Below, in pieces: positions 9,921 through 19,527 of a stretch of DNA of 60,577 nucleotides. The notes beneath the pieces were generated by a model, which made no database searches, was not told the DNA's origin, and was given only the letters and a program-made list of their open reading frames with translations. The DNA comes from a candidate division GN15 bacterium (lineage in GTDB: Bacteria > Zixibacteria > MSB-5A5 > GN15 > FEB-12): NCBI GenBank assembly GCA_014727815.1, contig WJMS01000257.1:1-60577 (forward strand), written 5' to 3'. The translations under genes and the position numbers were made by a program. Every line of letters starts with the position of its first letter. Position 1 is the stretch's first letter.

Positions 9921-10751
9921 TCAGTTAGAGATGGAGTTGCCTTTGAGTTTCGGGCCCTCGGATGATTTCTTGGCCGAGGAACCCGACCCCGAAGATTGCG
10001 GCGACTCGTTTTTGTTCGCCCGCTTCTTCTCGGCATGCTTGTTCGCCCGCTGCTCCGCCCGGGAGGGGGCGTAGTTGTATCCGTAGTATTTGTAGTCGTA
10101 GTAGTACGGCAGGGTGTTGTTGGCGTTGTTGAGCACCACCCCGAGAATCTCGGTCTTGTTGCTGCGCATGATATCAACCGCCCGGGTGGCGACATCGCGC
10201 GAGGTCTGCCCCGCTCGAACCACCATCAAAACCCCGTCCACCTCCGGCGCCAGAAGCATCGGATCGGAAACCGGGATGATCGGCGCACAGTCGACAATGA
10301 TCAGGTCATAGTAAAACTTCATCTCCGTCAGCAACCGACCGATCGCCGGGGCATCAAACACCTCGGCCGCTTCCGCGGTCGGCCGCCCGGCGGTGATCAG
10401 ATCGAGATGCTCCAGGGGTGATTTGCGAACGACATTCTTGCCGATCAGACCGTTCTCCAGCACCCCGGTCAGACCGGGCTCGCGATCGACATTAAACAGC
10501 TTGTGAACGGTCGGCCGACGCAGGTCGGTGTCGACCAGCAGCGTCTTGATCCCCTTCTTTGCCGCCGTTATCGACATCAACGCACAGATCGTCGACTTGC
10601 CCTCGGAGAGATTGGCCGACGTGATCATGACCACCTTCAGTTCATGACCGGCGTCATGACGCTTCAGCCGCTGCAATAACCGACGGAACTCGGTGGCAAA
10701 GGGGCTCTCCAGGCTGTAGTAATCAATGATCGACAAGCTGCCTTTTTTCAT
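9921..10751 (-). CDS. CpsD/CapB family cytoplasmic tyrosine (BY) kinase
   Basis: SEGKST, LLVDTDLRRP, IIVDCAP, C-terminal YYYDYKYYGYNY cluster. Confidence 0.92.
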   Translation of the reverse strand: MKKGSLSIIDYYSLESPFATEFRRLLQRLKRHDAGHELKVVMITSANLSEGKSTICALMSITAAKKGIKTLLVDTDLRRPTVHKLFNVDREPGLTGVLENGLIGKNVVRKSPLEHLDLITAGRPTAEAAEVFDAPAIGRLLTEMKFYYDLIIVDCAPIIPVSDPMLLAPEVDGVLMVVRAGQTSRDVATRAVDIMRSNKTEILGVVLNNANNTLPYYYDYKYYGYNYAPSRAEQRANKHAEKKRANKNESPQSSGSGSSAKKSSEGPKLKGNSISN

Positions 10752-10758
10752 CGAGGCG

Positions 10759-11880
10759 TCAGCCTTTCTCCGTTATGCGACCGAGGGTCGCACAGATGTG
10801 TTCGTAGACCGTCTCGGTTTCCGACAACGCCGCCTGGGCCCGGCGCAGCGACGGGTTGATCTCGGTCGTCTTGCGGTAGTTCTCGATCGCCTTCTGCCAG
10901 GCCATCTTGGCCTGCTCGAGATAACACTGCGACAACTCTGCATACAAATCAACGTACGTCGGGTTCTTATTAATCTCAGCCTTCAAAAAGGCGATCCGAT
11001 CCGCGATCGCCCGCTCGGTCATCCAGCCCGGCACCAGCAAAAAGCGCGTGTGGAAGGCTGCAAATTCTTTACGCGTCGCTTCCCGCTTGGTTTCACGAAT
11101 CGTCTTGAGGGTCGTCAACGCCTCGCGCAACTCGCCGCGATGCAGCGCCTCGATCGCACTGTCATAGCGCGGCCCCCGGTAATCTTCATAGATCAGCGCG
11201 GCCTTCTTCAGGTAGTCCGTGATCTGGTTCGAGCGCGCCGGCCACTTGTCGCGGTTCGGCTCCCGAATCGCCTGCACGATATACGCCAGGGCCAGGTTGA
11301 AATAGGCATCGCCGTAGTACATATTGATCGCGATCGCCTCGGAAAACTGCTCGATCGCTCCCCGAAAATCATCAACCGCCAGCAACGCCTCCCCGTAGTT
11401 GTTGCGGTAGTCCGCAAACCGCGGCCGCATCGACACCGCCCGCTTGCCCGAATGCACCGCCTCGTCGGGATTGTTCAGCGCCAGCTCGGTAATCGTAAGG
11501 AAATTGTAGGCCTGGTGATGCTCGGTGCCGGTCGACGCCGTCTGGTAAAACAACTCGCGCGCCTCGGCATAAAACCCCTTGAAATAAAACGCCGTGCCCA
11601 GATGATACATCGTGTCCGGCTCGGCCGACTGGATCGCCTGGCGGTACGCCGTCAAAAGCGATTCGATCTCTTTCTTCTTCTCTCCATGACTGCTCTTGAC
11701 CAGCGTCAGCACTTCCTCGGGATCGATCTGCTGGGGGTGCGGACGGGTCACCCGCTCGGCCACCACCCCGTTGATGTAGATGGTGGTGGACACCGACCCG
11801 AGATTCGCGTCATTGGCGGTCTGGATGAGATACTCGCTTTCGTTCTCACGAAGCTTGCTGCTCAGTCGGTACGTTTCCAT
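10759..11880 (-). CDS. Cytoplasmic TPR protein
   Basis: Repeats such as PRFADYRNNYG, YGDAYFNLALAY; no TM seen. Confidence 0.8.
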   Translation of the reverse strand: METYRLSSKLRENESEYLIQTANDANLGSVSTTIYINGVVAERVTRPHPQQIDPEEVLTLVKSSHGEKKKEIESLLTAYRQAIQSAEPDTMYHLGTAFYFKGFYAEARELFYQTASTGTEHHQAYNFLTITELALNNPDEAVHSGKRAVSMRPRFADYRNNYGEALLAVDDFRGAIEQFSEAIAINMYYGDAYFNLALAYIVQAIREPNRDKWPARSNQITDYLKKAALIYEDYRGPRYDSAIEALHRGELREALTTLKTIRETKREATRKEFAAFHTRFLLVPGWMTERAIADRIAFLKAEINKNPTYVDLYAELSQCYLEQAKMAWQKAIENYRKTTEINPSLRRAQAALSETETVYEHICATLGRITEKG

Positions 11881-11938
11881 CTCTCTCCTGCTCTACACTG
11901 CGACGTCACTCGCCTTGGTCACGGCCGCCGGCCGGGTC

Positions 11939-12955
11939 CTATGGCGCTGCAGCTCCCCCGGTATCCTCATCACCGGCCACCCGGTCGTAAATCAGCAGAA
12001 AGGTCGTTACCAATCCCGCCGCGGCGCCGATTATCGGCAGGGTCGTGGTCAGGAAGGACGATCGGCGTTCCGGGATATAAATTGCGTCTTCCTTACGCAG
12101 AATATAACGGCTCGGCACACCCGAGGCCGTGTACTTCTCCAGATTGAAGTGCAGCGACTGGGCGTAGTAGCTGTCCTTGGTCACCACCCGGGTCTTCTCG
12201 ATATCGGCCCCGGTCGACGGTCCCCCGGCCAGCGCGATCGCCTCGAGCACGTCCAGGTCTTCCTCGAACTGAATCGGCCCCGGCGAGTTTACCGAGCCCA
12301 TCACATAAATCACGTTGCGTTTCTCGGTCGTTCGCCCCAGCTCCTGCGAGGGCATCCCCATGACCGTCTGCGGAATCTCGACTCGATCCTGGCGCTCCAG
12401 GTCGGGAAGGTCTTTGAGTTGCCCCGATGCAATCGCCTCGGCCACATTGACCACTTCGATCGAACCGGCATCGTCACCGGCCCCGCGAATAATCGTCACC
12501 CGGGTCAGGTCGGCCGACTGGGTCGGACCGCCCGCCTCGTTGATCACCGACCAGAGATCGGGGATAGCCTCAAACGAGTACTTCCCCGGCGAGTTGACCT
12601 GACCGGTCACGTACACAAATCGATAATTGTACTCCATCACCCGCACCACTGCCTGCGAGATGGCGCGGTTGAGGCTGGAGATGCGACGGATGATGTCATC
12701 CTGGATCTCTTCGGTCGTCTTGCCGGCGACATTGACTTTGCCAATGATGTCGAGGGTGATGCTGCCGTCGAGCGCCACCCGTACCTGAGCGTTGAAATCG
12801 GGCTCCTGCCAGAATCGGATTTCGAGCACATCACCGGGGCCCACCCGATACTGCTCCTGGGCCGATACCGGAACGCTGAGGGCAAGCACCAGACAGACCG
12901 CCGCCAGGGTCGCGCTCGCAAGGGAATGGTGTCTACGGAACATATCTCGTTTCAT
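11939..12955 (-). CDS. Polysaccharide export protein (Wza/OPX, SLBB domains)
   Basis: YRVGPGDVLEI, VYVTGQVNSPG, AGG motifs, C-terminal hydrophobic/amphipathic helix. Confidence 0.88.
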   Translation of the reverse strand: MKRDMFRRHHSLASATLAAVCLVLALSVPVSAQEQYRVGPGDVLEIRFWQEPDFNAQVRVALDGSITLDIIGKVNVAGKTTEEIQDDIIRRISSLNRAISQAVVRVMEYNYRFVYVTGQVNSPGKYSFEAIPDLWSVINEAGGPTQSADLTRVTIIRGAGDDAGSIEVVNVAEAIASGQLKDLPDLERQDRVEIPQTVMGMPSQELGRTTEKRNVIYVMGSVNSPGPIQFEEDLDVLEAIALAGGPSTGADIEKTRVVTKDSYYAQSLHFNLEKYTASGVPSRYILRKEDAIYIPERRSSFLTTTLPIIGAAAGLVTTFLLIYDRVAGDEDTGGAAAP

Positions 12956-12978
12956 AGCTAAAACCGCTTGTATTAAGA

Positions 12979-13005
12979 GAATCGGCAAATTACCGGGCTT
13001 CCTTA
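12979..13005 (-). promoter_or_regulatory. Putative sigma28 (FliA) promoter of the wza operon
   Basis: TAAG-N15-GCCGATTC. Confidence 0.55.
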
Positions 13006-13075
13006 GAGCGATCAATATAGACCCCTCCTGATTGGGTGTAAACAAAAAACACGGGAGGGCGCCCGGGGTTTCAGG

Positions 13076-14725
13076 CTATTTGACGGTCATGCCCTCTTGG
13101 TAGACCAGGAAGCTGTTTCGGCCCGCCTCCTTGGCCGTCAGCAGGGCCATGTCGGCGGCGTATATCAATCCCTTCTGGTCGGTGGCATGGTCGGGAAAGA
13201 CCGCCGCCCCCTGCGAGATTGTGCAGGCGATCACCCGGCTGTCTTCGTGCAGGTGGAATCGCGAGCTGGCTATCTTCTCGCAAAGACGAGCCATGAAACG
13301 CTGGGCGGTGGCCTGGTCGGCCTCGGGCATGATCACGCAGAACTCATCGCCTCCATATCGGGCAACAATATCGATGGCGCGAATCGAGTTGCGCAACATC
13401 TGGCCCAACCGTCGAAGCACCTGGTCACCGGACAGATGACCAAACTGGTCGTTGATCCCCTTGAGATCGTCCAGGTCGAATATGATCAACGCCAGGGAGC
13501 GCTGGTAGCGATGGGCGCGGTTGATCTCCTCCTGCAGCCGCTTGGTGAAGTAGCGCTGATTCGCCAGACCGGTCAGGTTGTCGGTAAACGAGAGCGCCTG
13601 GACCTTCTCGTACGACTCGGCATTCTGCACCAGCTCGAGCGCGGTCGGCACCAGCTGCTCCATGTGCTGGGCAATACTCTCCGGTTTCAGGTTCCCGTCG
13701 AGCAGCAACACCCCGCTGCGGCCGGAACTGATCGGAAACGCCGCCAGGAAGTCTATCCCCTCTCGCTTGAGGGACTGCGCCCAGTCGGCCAGTGAATCAT
13801 CAAGCTGAGCCAGCCGGCTCACCTCCCGGACACCCGAACCGGACAGCCCCGCTACCGCCCGGTCGAATACCTCGCGCGAAGGCACCGCCGGTCCTTTGCC
13901 ACCCGACGGATTGTAGTGCCGCAGCGGTTCGTTTTTTTCTTTCGGTTCGTAGATATAGGCTACCCGGTTCAAATTCAGCTCGCTGCGGATGCTGTCGATC
14001 AGCTTGGGCACGAGCGTGGCCGGGGTGCGATGCCGAACCAGTTTGAGAATGCCGAGCGGCGAGCGCGATGGTTCCACGGTCCGCCCGGCCGATCCGGGGG
14101 CAGACTGCATTGCATCGAGCTTGCGCGAGAGGCGCTCGAATCGCGTTTCATGCCACTTGACATGATAGGCCGCCGAAAGCGTCTGGGCCAGGCTGGCCAA
14201 CAACAGCGACAACACCGTTTCATCCGACTCACTCCGGCACTGCACAAAGTACAACCCGTACAGATTGGTGCGCCAGAAAACCGGAAAGAAACGATCGAAA
14301 CCATCGCGTTTCAGTCGCTCGTATACCCGGACAGGGACATGACTCTCGATCTCGGCCAACGGCCTCGGCTGATAGCGCTGACGGAGGAATTCGGTCAACT
14401 CGGACGTGTGCCGCACGCGAAACTCGCTGCGCTGAAAGCGGCGGATACCATGGTAGTAGTTGAGTTCGAGAAAAGCGCGTTGCTTGCGCAGGAAGACAAT
14501 CCGCTCGCACCCGAGCGGCCCCTTGAGCAGATCGGACACCGTACTGGCGACCGCCTGGATCTCCCCCCGAGCGGCATTGTCGGACAACAGCGACATGTAC
14601 CGGTCAGGCTCGAACGCCGGCGGCAACGCGGCTGACGAACCTCGCCGACTGTTTCGAATCAGGATGCCAATGAGGACGATTACCAGGGCCGACAACAGGA
14701 TGATGGCGGCAACTTGGATATCCAT
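13076..14725 (-). CDS. Membrane-anchored diguanylate cyclase with GAF-like regions
   Basis: N-terminal TM; DNLTGLAN, INDQFGH, I-site RAID, intact GGDEF. Confidence 0.9.
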   Translation of the reverse strand: MDIQVAAIILLSALVIVLIGILIRNSRRGSSAALPPAFEPDRYMSLLSDNAARGEIQAVASTVSDLLKGPLGCERIVFLRKQRAFLELNYYHGIRRFQRSEFRVRHTSELTEFLRQRYQPRPLAEIESHVPVRVYERLKRDGFDRFFPVFWRTNLYGLYFVQCRSESDETVLSLLLASLAQTLSAAYHVKWHETRFERLSRKLDAMQSAPGSAGRTVEPSRSPLGILKLVRHRTPATLVPKLIDSIRSELNLNRVAYIYEPKEKNEPLRHYNPSGGKGPAVPSREVFDRAVAGLSGSGVREVSRLAQLDDSLADWAQSLKREGIDFLAAFPISSGRSGVLLLDGNLKPESIAQHMEQLVPTALELVQNAESYEKVQALSFTDNLTGLANQRYFTKRLQEEINRAHRYQRSLALIIFDLDDLKGINDQFGHLSGDQVLRRLGQMLRNSIRAIDIVARYGGDEFCVIMPEADQATAQRFMARLCEKIASSRFHLHEDSRVIACTISQGAAVFPDHATDQKGLIYAADMALLTAKEAGRNSFLVYQEGMTVK

Positions 14726-14760
14726 GCGACACGTTCTCCCGGGGAGAAGGTTACCTCCTC

Positions 14761-14788
14761 AATGTAGGAATTGTCGGGGGAATGTCAA
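14761..14788 (-). promoter_or_regulatory. Putative sigma70 promoter of the GGDEF gene
   Basis: TTGACA-N16-TACATT. Confidence 0.5.
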
Positions 14789-14801
14789 CAAAAACAACGA
14801 C

Positions 14802-15104
14802 TTACAGGCGATTGCGAGCGTACCGAAAACGCGCCCGGCGCGACAACAGGCGATGCCGCTTGAGGATTCGCCAGACCTGCCACCAGCCCACCGTCACCCG
14901 CACGGCGCGCTGATTGATCTCCCGCTTCATCTCCCCGATCGTCGCAAAAGGATCGTAACGGACCATCTGCAAAACGACAATCTCCGGATCATCGCTGGAG
15001 AAATCTTCCTCCCCGGCCTGATCGCCGGGCATATGATGGGTGGGGGTGGTACTGGACTGCGGCGCGACTTTGTCAACGACCGTTACGGTTTCCGCGACCC
15101 GGTC
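14802..15104 (-). CDS. Basic HTH-like domain, probably the frameshifted C-terminal extension of the STAS protein
   Basis: Open in the -1 frame from the A9 run to 14802; VLQMVRYDPFATIGEMKREI...VGWWQVWRILKRHRL; no SD before its internal ATG at 15032. Confidence 0.65.
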   Translation of the reverse strand, partial: DRVAETVTVVDKVAPQSSTTPTHHMPGDQAGEEDFSSDDPEIVVLQMVRYDPFATIGEMKREINQRAVRVTVGWWQVWRILKRHRLLSRRARFRYARNRL

Positions 15105-15487
15105 TTTTTTTTTCCGCCGCCCGATGAGCCGGCTTCCTGGAAGTTGGCCCGGGCATCATCAACCGACCGGTACGACTTGAGGACATTGTCGAACTCGAGC
15201 AGTTCGTAGATCTCATAGACATTCGGAATCATCCCGGCCAGCTTGATATCGCCGCCGTTGCTGCGGACGTCGCGGATGTGGGAAATGAATATACCCCAGC
15301 CGGCCGAGGAAATGTAATCGACACCGGCCAGATCGATCACGATCTTGTAGCGCTCCCGCTTGATCAGCGAATCGATCACTTCCTCCAGCTCGGAGGCGGT
15401 CAGGGTATCGATGACCCCGTCGATACGGACCTCGGACACCGCTTTGTCCTGACCCGATTCCAATAACGATATGCTGATATTGTCCAT
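15083..15487 (-). CDS. STAS-domain anti-sigma factor antagonist (RsbV/SpoIIAA-like)
   Basis: IDGVIDT, IVIDLAGVDYISSAGWG with the phospho-acceptor Ser, GGDIKL. Confidence 0.93.
   Translation of the reverse strand: MDNISISLLESGQDKAVSEVRIDGVIDTLTASELEEVIDSLIKRERYKIVIDLAGVDYISSAGWGIFISHIRDVRSNGGDIKLAGMIPNVYEIYELLEFDNVLKSYRSVDDARANFQEAGSSGGGKKKTGSRKP
15104..15113 (-). other. A9 run / A-AAA-AAG slippery site
   Basis: GGA AAA AAA AAG, 6 sense codons before the STAS stop. Confidence 0.65.
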
Positions 15488-15534
15488 GACAAGTATATGA
15501 TAAGTTCGTCCTGCAGTACCGCACCCATTTAACA

Positions 15535-15563
15535 ATATCGGCAGGAATCAGGCAAGAACTTTA
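15535..15563 (-). promoter_or_regulatory. Putative sigma28 promoter upstream of the STAS gene
   Basis: TAAAG-N16-GCCGATAT (spacer slightly long). Confidence 0.45.
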
Positions 15564-17636
15564 TTCATCGCCGTCCTGAGGAGACGAGGACGCCGATGAA
15601 TCGGTGGATCGGTATGTCTGCGAATCGATTACCGCCCGACCAGCCGGCTCCTGATGTTTCTCCGACGAGCTTTTCCGACCTTCGGTCCGGGCCAGGATGA
15701 ACGTGATATCATCGTTTTGCTTGGCAAATCCGGAGAACGCATCCAGTTCCTCGACAATCCCCGCGGCGAGCTTCGAGAGCTGGATCGCCTCGTCACCCAC
15801 CAGTTGCTGCTGTAAAAACTCGACCAGCCGACCCATCCCGTACTGGTTGCCGTCGCGATCGGTCGCCTCCGTGATGCCGTCCGTATACACCAGGAACAGG
15901 TCGTTTTCGTCCAGTTCCACCGAGACCTCCTCGAGGCCACTGCCGAAATCACGGTCGAGCGTCACCGGCACCCCCAGCGGCATACCGGTCGGATTCAACG
16001 TCTTGAGCTGCCCGCTCTTCGCCTGGTAGTAAATCATCGGGTTGTGCCCCGCCGAGACGAACGTCAGGCGGCTCGCCGACGTGTCATAAATCGCCAGCAG
16101 CACCGTGATGAACATCCCCGGCGGAATATTGGCCTTCAAATAGTCGTCCACCGCCAGCATGACCTGCTTGGCCGACCGGGCGCCGACCGCATGAATCTGA
16201 ATGACCGTCCGAAGCATCGACATCACCAGCGACGCCGGCACACCCTTCCCGGACACATCGGCCACCACCAGACAAAAACGACCGTCACCGATCTCAAAGA
16301 CATCGTACAGGTCACCCCCGACCACCGAGGCGGCCCGGTAGTAGGCATCGAGCTGAAGCCCCGGTATCGCCGGCAACTGTACCGGCAGCAGCGTCTTCTG
16401 AATCTGTGAGGCCACCTCGATCTCCTTGGCCATCTTCTCCCGCTCGATGATGTTCCGACGGTCTTTGCTCAGCCGGGTCATCATGTCATTGAGAGCGCGG
16501 GCAATCTCGAAAAACTCGTCGGCGCCCTCGAGCGGAAGCTCCGTTTCAAGGTCACCTGATGTAAACCGTCTCACTCGATGCGTGATCTTGGCGATCGGCT
16601 TGACGAAGTAGTTCGACAAGAGATAAATGCCGAGAATACCAACCAGCAGCAGCAGACCGGTAAACATGATAATCCGCTTACGCACCGCCGCGAGTTTCTC
16701 ATCAACCGGCTCCGACGAGTAGACCGTATGCACCCGCCCGAAAAAGCGCGGTCCGGCCCGGATGTTCAGCGCCAGGTAGTTCAACTTACTCTGCGTCGTA
16801 TCGAGCGATTGGTGTACCCCGATCAACTGCGGATCGATCTCATTCGGCGCCTGGTACGGCTTCCGAATGTTCGAGATGTCACCCGAGTGCGCCCGAATCA
16901 AACCGGTGCTGTCGGTCAACACCACCAGCTTGAGCGTCGGGTTGGCCCGCGTGTAACTGACAATCAATTCGTCAAACTCGACATCGGAACGCGAGTTGAT
17001 ATAGTACCCCGCCGCCTGGTCGGCAATCGTCGAACTGAGCGCCCAGACCATGTCCTCGAGATGCCCCCGCACCTCCATCTTGGTGCGCCGGTCGACGAAA
17101 TAAAATGCCGCGGCAATGATGAGACTGACAATGAGGAAGGTGAAAAACGAGAACTTCGCCCGAAGCGTGAACATGCGGCGAAGCAGCGGCGGCGTGTCGG
17201 TCGCCGACAACCCGCGTATCCGCTTGAGCATCCGAAGCTCATTGAACCCGGCCGCCGAGATATACTCGACCGAATCCATGATCTTGCTGATCATGTAAAA
17301 GCCGAGCCCACCCTTGCGGCCCGACTCGACCAGCTTCTCGAGGTCGATCTTCCCGGTCTGCTCCGGATGAAAAGACCGCCCCGAATCGATCAGCGAAAAC
17401 GCAATGATCTTGCGGTAGACGACAATGCGCAGGCGAAGCGTGCCCTTTTCGTACAGGTAGGCGTGACGGATGATATTGGTCGCGCCCTCTTCGATCGCCA
17501 GCAGCACCGCCGTCACGTCCCGGCGCGACATCCCGGCCGCCGTGCACGCCTCCTTGACGATCCGCTGGATCGAATCGAGATACCGCTCCTCGGCGACAAA
17601 CTCGGCGTTGATTTCCTTGATCGGGCGGCGGAACAT
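15561..17636 (-). CDS. Membrane protein fusing RsbW-like kinase (HATPase_c), TM-sensor-TM, HAMP and SpoIIE/PP2C phosphatase
   Basis: LAIEEGATNIIRHAY, DSGRSF, GGLGFYMISKIMD; two TMs; HAMP; VGGDLYD, VADVSGKG, YTDGITEA, DDIT. Confidence 0.92.
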   Translation of the reverse strand: MFRRPIKEINAEFVAEERYLDSIQRIVKEACTAAGMSRRDVTAVLLAIEEGATNIIRHAYLYEKGTLRLRIVVYRKIIAFSLIDSGRSFHPEQTGKIDLEKLVESGRKGGLGFYMISKIMDSVEYISAAGFNELRMLKRIRGLSATDTPPLLRRMFTLRAKFSFFTFLIVSLIIAAAFYFVDRRTKMEVRGHLEDMVWALSSTIADQAAGYYINSRSDVEFDELIVSYTRANPTLKLVVLTDSTGLIRAHSGDISNIRKPYQAPNEIDPQLIGVHQSLDTTQSKLNYLALNIRAGPRFFGRVHTVYSSEPVDEKLAAVRKRIIMFTGLLLLVGILGIYLLSNYFVKPIAKITHRVRRFTSGDLETELPLEGADEFFEIARALNDMMTRLSKDRRNIIEREKMAKEIEVASQIQKTLLPVQLPAIPGLQLDAYYRAASVVGGDLYDVFEIGDGRFCLVVADVSGKGVPASLVMSMLRTVIQIHAVGARSAKQVMLAVDDYLKANIPPGMFITVLLAIYDTSASRLTFVSAGHNPMIYYQAKSGQLKTLNPTGMPLGVPVTLDRDFGSGLEEVSVELDENDLFLVYTDGITEATDRDGNQYGMGRLVEFLQQQLVGDEAIQLSKLAAGIVEELDAFSGFAKQNDDITFILARTEGRKSSSEKHQEPAGRAVIDSQTYRSTDSSASSSPQDGDE

Positions 17637-17697
17637 AACTGGAACCGTTAGTGCGGGTGAGTACGCATCATCGACCGGCGCCGCGCACGGCGATAGT

Positions 17698-19527
17698 CTA
17701 CTCCGACTGCTCGGACTTCAGCCGCAGCCGAGCCTGCTCAATATTGTTCTTGGTGGCCTCGTTGTTCGGGAAGACCTCCAGCACCTGCTCCCAGGCCTCG
17801 ATCGCATGCTGGTACTCCTGGTTGCGCATGTGCCGAATCCCCTCCAGGTACAACGGCCAGATATCCGGGTTGGCCTGCAAATCTTCGAGCGTCGATGGTT
17901 TCGCCAGCGCCGACGAGATCCGGTTGAGATAATCCTGGGCGACCGCATTCGAGGGATCCGTGCGCAACACCGAACGGAACCGCTGGCGGGCCTGCTGGTA
18001 ACGCCCGCGCTGGAACAGATCGATCGCCAGCTGCAACTGCTGCGCCGCGTCAAGACCGGTCAGCGCCCGTTGACGGGCCTGCTGCGCCTCATCGTTGTCC
18101 GGATCCAGTTCCAGCACCCGGTTGTACGCTTCAATAGCATCAACCGTCCGGCCGTCCTCCCGCGCTGCCCGCGCCTCCGACAGCTTCTTCGACACCTCCG
18201 CCTCGGTGATCATCTGGATCTCACTGTTCATCGCCAGCGCCCGAATATTCCGCGGATCGATATCAAGCACGAGCTGCAGCATATCCTCGGCGGCTGCGTA
18301 GTACTTCTTGTTCTTGAACGACTCCGCCTGGGCGAGATAGCGCTCAACAAACTGCTGGATCTCCTGCTCCGCCATCTCCAGCTTGCGCGCCTGCTTCTCC
18401 TTCTGCTCCAATTCCTGTTCGATCGAACTGATCGTCCGGGCAATCTCCTGATTGTCCGGATCGAGCGTCAGCACCTGGCGGTAGTAATGCAGCGCCGAGT
18501 CAAGTTCGAGCACATGGAAGAACTCCGATGCCTTGTCGGTCAGCTCCATGATCCGCAACTCCCGCTCGGTCGGTGGCGGCGGTGGCGGCGGCGGCTCATA
18601 CGTCGGCTTCTCCGCAAACCGTTCCGCACTCGGCGCCCCGAGCAGGAACGACAGCGAAAAACGATGGCTGTCCTCGATATAATCCATCAGCTTGTAGGCA
18701 TAGTCGATCTGGATCGGCCCCGCCCGCAAACCGGCCCCAAAAGCCAGGTTGTCCCGGTCATACCCCATCCGAAGGGCATACCGGTCGTAAAACTTCAACT
18801 CGCCCCCCGCATGCACTTTCAGATCGCGGTCGGCAAAATGCTCTACATCAACGCCCGCGCTGACCTTCAGCGGCGCCACCAGGCGAATGTCACGCAAAGC
18901 CATCCCCCCGACAATTGCACGCGGAACTTCCTCGGTCGATGCTTCCAGCTTGAGATTCGGCTGCACCAAATCCCGGGCCGTCACACCCAACGACACATGA
19001 TCGTGCAGATCAACCAGCACCCCCACATCGGCCCCAACCGCCCAGTCGGAGAACGTATCCAGCGACTGATTGACCGCCTTGAAACTGGCGCCAACCGAAA
19101 ACGTCCCGCTCAGCCGTCGGCCGTACGAGAAGATCGCCTGCGAGGTCGAGTAGTCGAACTCCCCCGTCGTGGCGCCGTCAACCCGGCGGATAATCTCATC
19201 GGTGCCGATCCGCATGAAACTGAAGCCGATACCATCGTTACGCGAAATCGGGTAGGCCCAGGTTCCGCTGTTGTAAAGCGTCCCCTCGAACAGCGTTGTG
19301 TGCAGAAGTGAAACCTCGTGAAAATCGAGTCGGGACAAACCGGCCGGATTGTAAAACACCGTCGATGCATCGTCGGCCGTCGCGGTAAACGCCGCCCCCA
19401 TACCGAGCGCCCGACCACCCGTGCCGAGACTGAACAACGATTCCCGACCGGCATCCTGCGCCGAACCGACAACCGGCACAAACAGCATGAAAGCCAAAAC
19501 CACTATGAGCAGGCGATGACCCATCAT
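17698..19527 (-). CDS. PorV/PorQ-family outer-membrane beta-barrel fused to C-terminal TPRs
   Basis: Signal peptide; GGRALGMGAAFTATADDASTVFYNPAGL; SHRFSL barrel end; Pro8 linker then TPRs; ATGA overlap with upstream gene. Confidence 0.85.
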   Translation of the reverse strand: MMGHRLLIVVLAFMLFVPVVGSAQDAGRESLFSLGTGGRALGMGAAFTATADDASTVFYNPAGLSRLDFHEVSLLHTTLFEGTLYNSGTWAYPISRNDGIGFSFMRIGTDEIIRRVDGATTGEFDYSTSQAIFSYGRRLSGTFSVGASFKAVNQSLDTFSDWAVGADVGVLVDLHDHVSLGVTARDLVQPNLKLEASTEEVPRAIVGGMALRDIRLVAPLKVSAGVDVEHFADRDLKVHAGGELKFYDRYALRMGYDRDNLAFGAGLRAGPIQIDYAYKLMDYIEDSHRFSLSFLLGAPSAERFAEKPTYEPPPPPPPPTERELRIMELTDKASEFFHVLELDSALHYYRQVLTLDPDNQEIARTISSIEQELEQKEKQARKLEMAEQEIQQFVERYLAQAESFKNKKYYAAAEDMLQLVLDIDPRNIRALAMNSEIQMITEAEVSKKLSEARAAREDGRTVDAIEAYNRVLELDPDNDEAQQARQRALTGLDAAQQLQLAIDLFQRGRYQQARQRFRSVLRTDPSNAVAQDYLNRISSALAKPSTLEDLQANPDIWPLYLEGIRHMRNQEYQHAIEAWEQVLEVFPNNEATKNNIEQARLRLKSEQSE

